Shown in pieces: positions 1 to 9,200 of a stretch of 27,996 nt of DNA. The notes beneath the pieces were generated by a model. That model was not told where the DNA came from. It ran no database searches and saw only the letters and a list, made by a program, of their open reading frames with translations. Positions within the stretch are counted from its first letter, which is position 1. Each line of letters begins with the position of its first letter. This DNA is from Caecitellus pseudoparvulus (lineage: Eukaryota > Protista > Bigyra: Bicosoecida): NCBI GenBank assembly GCA_965644315.1, contig CBFFRQ010000190.1, positions 1-27,996 of the forward strand. Reading direction: 5' to 3'. Made by a program: the position numbers and the translations under genes.

Positions 1-2233
1 TCCATCAACACGCGCCATGGTCTTTGTCGCCCCTTCCTGTCAGCAATGGCGTCCCCCAAGGAGGAGCTCTGTCCCCCCTCCTCTTCAAGGCTGCGATAGA
101 TGCTGTCGCAAAGGCTCCACGAGATGCCCCTCCAAGCGCATCCAGGAGGGGCATCCCAACACCAGCAGTGCAAGCCAAGGCCGTATCACCCACACCCCGT
201 ATGCAGACGACCCGGGCCTGCACGCAAACGTCTTTCGCCACGGCCTTGCACCGAATCTTCGTAGAGGTGAAGGCCATCGCTGCCCGGGTTGGCCTTGCCA
301 TCAACCCGTCGAAGTCCGGGGTCATGATCCTTGCCAACTCCGTGCGAGGTAGCCGGACACCAGTCAGTGAAAGGAAGAAGTTGGTGTGGCGCTCGGCTGC
401 CCTCAAAGCGGGCAGCATGCTGAAGGTTGGCACCAAGTCCATCCAACGGGTGGCCGAGTACACCTACTTGGGTGCCGATGTCCGGAAACATCCTGCCAAG
501 ACTCAGGCACTTACCTCCTGCAAGCTGGGCTTGCTTGCATCCAAGCCGGGTTCATCGTGGGCGCGCTGCGCTCAGTGCCACCTGGCTCGATGTGCAGCAG
601 CGGCACCTGGTTGGGTATGCCATTGTCACGTCAGCCGCCGACTACATAAAGGTCCACCTGTTAACAGTTCTCTCGTTTCCGCTGCGCGATGTTGACCGCG
701 GCGTCGCCCTCGCCTTGGACAGGACCCAAGTCGGCTCGCAGAGTGCATCATGCGCCCCCACAGCTACGCCAAAGCTGGCTCTAAGGTGGAGTCCCGCTCG
801 CCCACATCCGGCTCCACGCAACTGCGGACTGGGATGTCGGTCAAGGCTTCTCCGGATGCACTCTCGGACACCCCCAAGTTCGAGCTCTGTGCCCGACCAT
901 CCCGCAGGCTCCTTGATCTATGCCTGCTTCGATGTCGACGACCTTCATCGTCGACACCATTGCTGATGGGAGGTCGACTCCGGCTGCCAGTGTCCCTGCT
1001 CCGTGGGCACCGCCGCCCTCTGGACCGGCTCCGGCGTGGGCCATGCCAGACCTTGCACAGCTTCGGCTTGCATGTGCACCTGTTTGAGCATGCTGCTGAA
1101 GCAGCCTCAGTGCCCAAGTCCTTGCCGGACTTAAGACTCACCCCGGGCCTCCACAGGTTCAAGGTGGTTGGGGTGGCTGCCCAGCGAGACGTCGTCCATG
1201 GCCGAACCCCCGGCCTTCACGGGCAGACACTCTGGCCCTGCGTCGCCAAGTCCTCGCGTCGTATCTTCAGCCCAGGCAGTGCTGAGTGCAGCTGCCCACT
1301 ACACCACCGACAGCCGAATCCCCCAAGTGCAGAAGCCCAGGCCGTATCATCTTGGGCCTGGTGCGCAGCACTTCGTGTGGCTACATCCACTGCCACGGGG
1401 TGAACCCCCTCTTCTGGGTCTGTCCTGATGACAGTGGCCCACCAGAGTGATGGTCCATCACTTCCAGACCTTACAGCCCCTTTCATATGGGGACAGGGGT
1501 GCCACTCTGTACGAGTGCTGTCCGATTTTATGGACCCAACAATCGATGTACAGCTGCACGTGCACATCCTGCTGCACTGCACCCACCACGAACTCACCAT
1601 GGCACGCCAACACACGATGACCAAGTTCAGAGAACTGGCCAACAGGTCAAGTCGTCCATTCTGCGGCCATGCAGTGCCTGCCCATCCCCCAAGATCTGCC
1701 GCCTCCTTCGTGCCCCCGACCCATGTGCCGAAGCCTGCAAATCCTGTCCTTCCCACAGGCTCCTGCTCTGCGGGCAGTGGCCTCACCGGTGGGGGCTGGC
1801 CGACGAAGAGCAGCTTGTCTCTATGAAAGAGGCGGCTGCCCCCTCCCACCCCCACTCCGTCCACCGCGCTGGTCCTTGCCGTGTCCGTGCCCCAGCCAAG
1901 CGGCAAGACATCCTGCGCAGCGCGGCTGAGTTCACAGCAGCAGTGCGTGGCGGGTCACAGTCACTTACATGTTGCGTATGACCGATGCCCACCACCTGCT
2001 GTCCAGAGGCATGCTGAGTACCTGTGGTGGGCAGTACATGGGCGCGCGCCGCCAGCCAATGCACGCAGCCAGTGCGGTCAGTGGCCACGCGGCACACGCG
2101 CAGGCCCCGCACTCGCCGCAGGGCACGCACCTTTTTCCCTGCCAAGGCTGGCCAAGTGCCGTCCACGGAGGGCAAGGTCCAGAGGACGCTGCAGCACTTC
2201 ATGAAGGCCTCAGCCAGCCCATGCAGACACTGA
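1..2233 (+). pseudogene. Frameshifted RT and C-terminal region of non-LTR ORF2 (unit A)
   Basis: NGVPQGGALSPLLFK (frame of ORF 24), HTPYADD (frame of ORF 17), GLAINPSKSGVM and YTYLG (frame of ORF 24), then HILLHC, RLLLCGQWPHRWG, RHAEYLWWAVHGR and QRTLQHFM scattered over all three frames. Confidence 0.88.
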
Positions 2234-2934
2234 TGGTGAGGGGGAAGGGTTCGATGGTTCCTGTGAAGAGAGCGAGGAGTAAGGCGCGGAACGTGCAGGC
2301 GCGGGCGGGAGTGGAACAGCTACCGCCTCTGTGGCCGCGCTCCGCTCCCTTCTCCACGAGTGTCCTGACGTGATGAACTCAGTGAAGCGTGGGCATAACC
2401 ACGGCAGCCCGAAGCAGATGCTCAAGACCTACCTTTACTTACTACATAGCCTGCGATGGCAGTGGAGTGAGCGGAGCGTGCCCGGCCGCGGCGCGTGTGC
2501 AGCCGCAGTGCTGCACGGCCGCGGCCCGGATGGTGGCTGACGATGAAGCAAGCTCACTCACCACGAAACCAGGGCGTGACGGGCTGAAGAAGAAGGTCCT
2601 TTTCCTTTCTTGTATCCCCCTTGATGCGCGCGATGCGCTCTGTGGCGCGGGCGCGTGTGTGCGCACGGGGCGCCGCGTGCGCGATCGAATTGCACCACGC
2701 ACCTGCCGAGTTCCCGCGTGCGAGGCGGAGCACACACCTCATGAAGGGCGCAGAGAGGCCTATGAGGGCCACAGAGGAGGTGGGTGGGAGGAATTTGGAT
2801 TATGATCTGTTGTCAAGACTGCGTGGATGCCTGGGTGTGCTCTGGTGTGCCCCAGGTGTCTGGCGCTGGCGGAGCAAGGGATGAAGTGTAGCGGAGGAGG
2901 GCCAAGATGATGAAACTGGAGCGGGCAGGGACCT

Positions 2935-3130
2935 GCCCTAGCAAGTGGCGGCAGATATAACGGGTACCGTGTTTAAGTTGCGAATCCGCGCCAAGCGGTA
3001 GCCGCCGGCGTCCTACATGTGCAGAGGTGCACGTGGGCGCCCGCGTGACGCTCAAGCTGTACGGTGCCAAGCTGTGCCGAGGTGAAATGCATTGTGAGTT
3101 GCTAAGGCAATCTGCAATGCATTGAGTAGC
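2935..3130 (+). other. Conserved 3'-terminal structured module, copy A
   Basis: Blocks GGCGGC..ATAYAACGG, ACATGT, CAAGCTGTA and TGCAATGCATTGA are shared with 5885-6071 and 11407-11589. Hairpins ACGG-gta-CCGT (2960-2970) and CCGC-gccaa-GCGG (2986-2998). Confidence 0.75.
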
Positions 3131-3142
3131 TAACCCTAACCC
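3130..3142 (+). repeat. Short telomeric tract C(TAACCC)2 at the unit A/unit M junction
   Basis: ctaaccctaaccc lies directly after the same 26-nt sequence that precedes the long tract at 6071. Confidence 0.85.
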
Positions 3143-3371
3143 AAAAACTTTCCAAATGTCAAGCTAATCACAAGTTGTGAAGTGCTAACATTGCCTAATC
3201 CAGGCGCTCGTGCACCCAAGTGTGGTGTTGCACAGTGCTTGCTGGTTGGGTGGTGCGCACCGGGGCGGGGTAGTGCGAATTCCGCACACCATCGCACCGT
3301 GGCTCCCAGTTTGCGCCCTCGGTCGGGGCATGCACCTGGGATCGACATCAAAAGCATCATTGACAAGCATC

Positions 3372-5455
3372 ATGAACGCCCAAGTGGATCAAGTCCTGGG
3401 GGTCCTCTTCGTGGAGGGGTGCCTGAAGCGCAAGCAAGTGCTCGGCCCCAGAACAGGTGTCTTCACTGACATGCCACGTCGGGGTGCCGCACGCACCTTC
3501 GAGCTTGGAGGACCCCTGCCCAAGACTGATCATGATAGTTCATCTTCGGCACGGGACATGTGGCTCGAGGTCTATGGGGAAGCCGCCGAACGGCTGATCC
3601 CAGGGCTGAGTGCGGAATTCGGCAACGCCAATGCGGCCCTGCGCCAGGGACCCACCGGATCGCCAACCATCCTCGTCACGCTCGGAAGTGAGGGTGATTC
3701 ACCAACAGTGGCACGTCAACTTCGCATTCTTGCTGCTCAAGAGGACGACTTCGCCATTCGAGTCGGCCAAGGTGGGTTCGTCGCCGTGGCCTACACCAAC
3801 ACCAAGCAGTTCGCATCGGCGAAGGCGAAAGTGAAGGTGAAGGCCCACCCCACCGCCATCCAAGTGGCCCACCAAGTGACCAAGGAAGCAACCGAAATCG
3901 CCTGCCAGTCAGGTGATGTTGCCAAGGTCATGTGCCTCGTTAGGTCCCACTTCGACCATGGCCCCGTGCCAGCCCAAGCCGTCCGTCCCAGTGTCAGACA
4001 ATCCGTCCCCTCCGAGGGTGATGCACCTGTCGACACCAAGACACCATCGACCTGGACTGACACTCAGCTCGACAAGGCACCGAAGAAGAAGAAGACCCGT
4101 CGAGGCAAGCGAGGAAAGGGCAAGTCAGCCGGACGATCCCTCACCTTCGAGGACGTCTTCATCAAGAACGTCCGGCCACCTGCACCTCGACCAACCTCAC
4201 CACCTGCCACCCAAGGCTCACCCAAAGATACCGTCACCACCCCTGTGGTGCATGCCATGTTGCCTTCATCAAGGGTGCAGCGGGGCGTCGACCGCAAGTG
4301 GCCGTCCCCCACCCCGTCGGGCGAGGCAAGCCCCGAGGTGCACCGGTATCGGCCGTCTGCAGCAGCAGCATGGGAGGTGATCACAAGGGTGGTGCCTCTT
4401 CATGACAGTGTGCGGACACCCGAGCACCTGGCCGAGTACCCCATCAAGCCTGGCCCTCTGGCCGACCTGCTGTCATCGACCCACGTGTACTCTAACGTGG
4501 GGGGCGGGCCTGTGTCCAGGCCTGTCTCGAGACGGCAGCAGGGGAGAGGGTCTTCGAGGCTGGGGACCTCCTCCTACTCCAGCATGCAGCCACCATCAAC
4601 GCTGCCCAGCTTGCCTTCAAGCACATGGTCAGGCAGCTGGAGGGGGTGGTCAGTGACTCGTCCAGCTCGGACATCATGGACGTCGGCCAGAAGCCACCCT
4701 CCCCCTTCCGCTCAGACGGGCAACGGGTGGCCGTCTTCCGCAACATGCTGCACCAGCACTCGCCGGATGACACCTTCCTGGCCCCAGGTACACCACCAGT
4801 CCTGCTTCCCGGCCTGCACCTGCTCATCGACCGCATCAACCAAGGGTACCGTGCCCCAGCCGGGCATGATGACCTTGGCCAGGCCGGCGTCGACCCCAGC
4901 CAGGTTGATGAAGAGGGTGACCAAGAGGGGCACCTCGACGGAGTGCTGTATGCCTTCGCACTTCGAGAGGTGTGGACCGACAACACGGCCCATCTGCAGC
5001 TCATCCTCGTCGACCATGATCGAGGCAAGCTGGTGCTGTGGAACCCCGACATCCCTGACCTCCATGACGAGCTGCCCCTGCACAAGTGCATGACCCGGCT
5101 GGCAGCCGAAGGCATCAACGTCTTGTACCGGATCTGGACCACACCCGAGGCGGGCAGTCCAGCACCCTTCCGGGACAGGCTTCGAGGGGCACTCCAGTCT
5201 CTCCGAGATGACTTCCCCCCCCTGCCTCACAAGGCCACCGACGGCACCGTGCACCCCCAGACCCTCATCGCTGGCAAGGGCACAAGGGTGGCCATGCCTC
5301 ATGGGCGGATGACCCGACAGCAGGCCGCCACCCTGGAGGCTGAGGTCAAGGACCCCCTCAAGCGGCTGGTGCCTGAAGACGGCGAGGGTCGCCTGCCCAA
5401 GGTCAAGGATGTGCCCCACATCTCGATCGGGCAGATGGGTGGACGCCTGATGTAA
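3372..5455 (+). CDS. Unknown ~695-aa protein, putative retroelement ORF1/gag-like; one apparent frameshift near the G6 run at 4499-4504
   Basis: The frame of ORF 3210..5093 reads as globular protein from MNAQVDQVLG (ATG 3372; alternative ATG 3330), with the basic stretch KAPKKKKTRRGKRGKGK and a Pro/Thr linker. After ~4500 the protein-like reading continues in the frame of ORF 4625..5455 (..GDLLLLQHAATINAAQLAFKHMVRQLEG..) to TAA. No CCHC knuckle or recognisable domain was seen. Confidence 0.65.
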
Positions 5456-5884
5456 GTCACCTGTGGGGGCATACTCCCTGTGCCACACATGACTGAAGCT
5501 TTGTGTCGCGACCGACGCACATAGCTGACATCGGACATTGGAAAGTCCAACCCAACCTCACCATCACCAACCCAACATCGATACCAACACATCAGGACTC
5601 GGCTCAGTGGAAGGGGAAGGCACTTGCAGCAAGATCTGTGAGGCCGCCCCCAAACCTGAGCCGAAGGGACAGCCGGGCTGGGTCGTGTGCTTGCATCTCA
5701 GCAACACCCAGTCCGTGTCGAGTCCATATCCTCCAGCCCACACCGCCACCCAAGCCAAGCAAGTCGGGTCTCCACCCCTGGACATCGGACCGAGACGGAC
5801 GAGACTGGACTGGACGGACAAGACAAGAGTGGACCGAGACCTGGACCTACACCTCAAGACCATCCCACCGGGGCGGGCGCTGAA

Positions 5885-6071
5885 GCGCCAAGACAGACGG
5901 CGACTTATACAACGGACACGAGTCTGTGCTAGTCGCAAAGCCGTGCAAGCGGTGCCGTCGTGGTGTCTGTGTCACTGCATTCTGTTGTGGCGCAGGTGGC
6001 ACCACATGTCCAAGCCCAAGCTGTACCATGATGTAGCCTGCATGGAGGCAATCTGCAATGCATTGAGTAGC
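5885..6071 (+). other. Conserved 3'-terminal structured module, copy M
   Basis: GACGGC(5896-5901)/GCCGTC(5954-5959) stem, ACGGAC-acga-GTCTGT (5912-5927), CCGT-gcaa-GCGG GNRA hairpin (5941-5952), CAAGCTGTA (6017-6025), TGCAATGCATTGA. Confidence 0.78.
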
Positions 6072-6185
6072 TAACCCTAACCCTAACCCTAACCCTAACC
6101 CTAACCCTAACCCTAACCCTAACCCTAACCCTAACCCTAACCCTAACCCTAACCCTAACCCCTAACCTAACCCTAACCCCCTAAC
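6071..6185 (+). repeat. Interstitial telomeric array (TAACCC)~19 (TTAGGG on minus strand)
   Basis: Perfect TAACCC repeats, with variant units (TAACCCC, TAACC, TAACCCCC) at the right-hand end. Confidence 0.97.
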
Positions 6186-6206
6186 ATTCCATCAGACGAG
6201 GATGCC

Positions 6207-9200
6207 ATGCCCCCGAGGTGGGAGCAGAGTCCGTACACACCAGTGGGAAAGTCCAGCAGCATCCCAGTGTCGCTCGTGTCATGGAATGTTGCTGGGTCGT
6301 GTGGCCGCAACCTGCACAAGGTTCTCATCTGCGCCCAGTCTGTGTGCCTCCGTTCATCCAGACTGGTCCTCTGCCTCACGGAACCTGGTGGCCACGGCAC
6401 ACTTGACTCGGAAGTCATGGGGCTCCAATGTTTCAGGCCCTCCCCCCCAGATCGTCCACCCGGTCGCAGTGAAGTTGCGCTTCTGGTCGACCGTCGTCTA
6501 CGCGCCACGCAGATAGTCAACCTTGGACTCGATGGGCGCTGTGTGGTCGCCTGCTCCATCCCCATGAAGCCAAGGCCCCTTGCTGTTATCGCGGCCTACG
6601 TGCCCAACTGGCACACGGCCCAGCGGAAGAAGCCACTTGCAGACCCAGACACTAAGCTGCCCCACCGCCAAGAGGTCTGGGAGCAGCTGGCCAACGCTGT
6701 AAAAAGTCTGCGAACCACGCATATGATCTCCCTCATGGGGGACCTCAACTGCCATCCTGGTGATGGCGGACTTCCTGCTTGGGACGCAACATGCTGGCAG
6801 AACCGGACCGATGTCGCTGACCCCATCCCAGATGTCAAGGAGCTCGCAATCGTGTGCGAGCATGGTAACCTCGAGCCAGCCGGGCTCGCCGGGTGCTCCA
6901 CCCATGCCACGAACGGCAGAGCCCTGGACCACATCCTTGTCTGCCCACTGCTCAAGGCCCAGGTCAAGGTGCCACACACAGTGACGACAACCTTCTCCAG
7001 TGCAGGCAAGCAGAATCCGGAGAAGTCGATCCTGAGTGACCACTACCTCCTGTCAGCAACAGTCCAAGTTGTGATCCCTCCACGGCCAAAGGGTGCCCGG
7101 CATGCCCACTCTTCCTTCTCTGTGCCGCCATGGTGGGCATCATCTACACGTGAAGGGCGCAGGGCACAGACCTTGCACAGGCGGCTGCTTGACTCATCCA
7201 TCACTGGTGCCGCATCCCCCCACCCGGCCAAGCTGCAGACACCCTGCTGTCAGGCCTGGATGATTTGGTTGCCGACGCTGCCCGACAAGCCCATGCCAAG
7301 TGCAAAGTTGTGGCACCCCCGCTGCTTCAGGCCCTTGCCGACATTCGCACCCTCAGCTCTGTCAAGAAGCGGATGACAGTGAGGACAGGGCGGATCAAGA
7401 AGCAACTCCGCAAGCTTCATCGACGCCGGCACCTTCTTCAGCATAGCCAGTCACCCCATGCCCCAGCTGACCTACGTTGTGCGGATGAACGAAAGCACAT
7501 GCTCATGGAGGACCTTGCTGCCACCCATGTTGAAAGGAAGAAGGCGATGCGCAAGTGTACTCGGCTGGTTGCCAAGAAACACAAGGCCGCCATGTTCCAA
7601 GTCCAGCAGCGCATCCGGGACCTTGCCCGGCTTGACCCCTTCACTGCTCACCTGCATGTGCGGAAGCTGTCCGGCAGAAGGAGGAAGGGCACTTCGTCGT
7701 CCATCCAGTCAGTCATGGACGACAGCGGCACCCTCATCACAGACCCATCACAAGTGCGGGCTGTGGTCAGGGACCAGATGGCCCAGATCATCAGCCCCCT
7801 CCACGGCAAGTCGTGTCCCTGAAGTTCGGACTGGGCCGGCTGCTCCCATCGGCCCCGACCCACATGTCGACTGAAGCCGCCTGGACCCCGAGCGTGGACC
7901 ATATCCTGAAGAAGATCCAGTCCCTGAGCCTCCACCGCAACCCTGGCACAGGGCACTACCAGGCTGAGCATGTCAAGTATGCCAGCGAGGACTTCCGGAA
8001 GAGGTACGCTGCCGCTCTTCAACAGGCCATCAGCACCGGTTCATGTCCAAGTCAGTACCACAGTGGGGTGGGGACACTCATCCCCAAGACCGCCAGCCAG
8101 GCCGGGAGGGTGCAGACATACAGGCTCATTGTCTGCCGTCCCCCCCAAGCCAAGCTCTTCTTCTCGGTCGTGGCCTCATGTGTCGAAGACTGGGTGCAGC
8201 ACTGGATCTCACATGAGCAGGCAGGCTTCACCCATGCCCGCAACACCCACGAGCAGATCCTGGCCTTGCAGGAGGTGTCCACTGCCCACCTGCGCGCCAA
8301 GCCCACTGCCAGTGTCCTTGTCCTTTTCGTGGACTTCAAGAGTGCCTTTGACACTGTCAGCCACGAAGCGATACTCGAGATCCTCGAGTCAGCAAGCCTC
8401 CCACAGCCCCTGCTCAGCTGCGTGAAGGACTACATGCAGCGCGCCACAGTGGCCATTCACACTGGCCATGGTCTTTGCGACCCCCTCCCAGTCACCAACG
8501 GGGTCCCCCAGGGTGGCGCACTGTCGCCTCTGTTGTTCAAGGTGGCTATTGATGTGCTCTCTCAACGCCTGAGAGAGCTGCCAAGTCAGGGAGTGTCAGG
8601 GGCAGGAGTGCCGACACCCCGCGGCCACGTCACGCATACGCTCTATGCGGACGATCTTGCTTGCCTCGCCACCACCCCTGCTGCCCTCCATCGGATGTTC
8701 CTTGAAGTCAAGGCCCTGGGCAGCCGGGTGGGCTTGGCCATCAACCCGCGCAAGTCCGGGGTCATGGTCCTCACCGGGGCGCAACAGGTCAATGGGGTGT
8801 CAGCCACGGAGCGGCGGAAGCTCATCTGGCGGTCCCGCTGGCTGAGGTCAGGGCAGTCCATGAAGGTCAAGGGGACACCCATCCAACGCACGAGCACCTA
8901 CTCGTACTTGGGTGTCCCCCTGTCTGAAACTGTCAGCCGAACCCGACTGCTTGCCACGAGGCAGGCCACTCTGTCCTGCACTCGGGCTGGGTTCGGCTGC
9001 GGTGCCCTCCTCAGTAGTGCGTGGCTGAGTCCGATCCTGAAGCAGCGGATCGGCACTGCCTCCATCAACAGTGCCGCCGACTACATCTTGGCGTCCCAGG
9101 TCAGCAACTCGGTGCTACCTTTGCGGGACGTCGATCGTGGACTTGCCATCGCCTTCAGCAAGGCCCAGCTGGGGATGCAAAGCTCGCTAGCACGTATGCA

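Larger units (their letters stand above)
1..3130 (+). mobile_element. Unit A: degraded non-LTR retrotransposon (RT-bearing), runs off the left window edge, 3' end abuts telomeric repeats
   Basis: Collinear homology to unit B from RT motif NGVPQGGALSPLLF to the C-terminus. Followed by ~900 nt of 3' UTR that ends in the shared terminal module plus TAACCCTAACCC. Confidence 0.9.
3143..6071 (+). mobile_element. Unit M: RT-less companion (ORF1-like or non-autonomous) element bounded by telomeric repeats
   Basis: Telomeric repeats on both sides, one long ORF, and the same 3' terminal module as the RT units. Confidence 0.75.

Noticed and set aside
2935-3130. Hammerhead ribozyme in the 3' module (as in Penelope/Terminon elements)
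   Set aside because: No CUGANGA plus GAAA core in any of the three copies. The CTGATGA near 1425 lies in coding-derived sequence and is not conserved in B.
6071-6185. CRISPR array or coding LT/NP repeat
   Set aside because: Pure hexamer telomeric repeat with no spacers; the ORF2 frame is closed by TAA at 6174.
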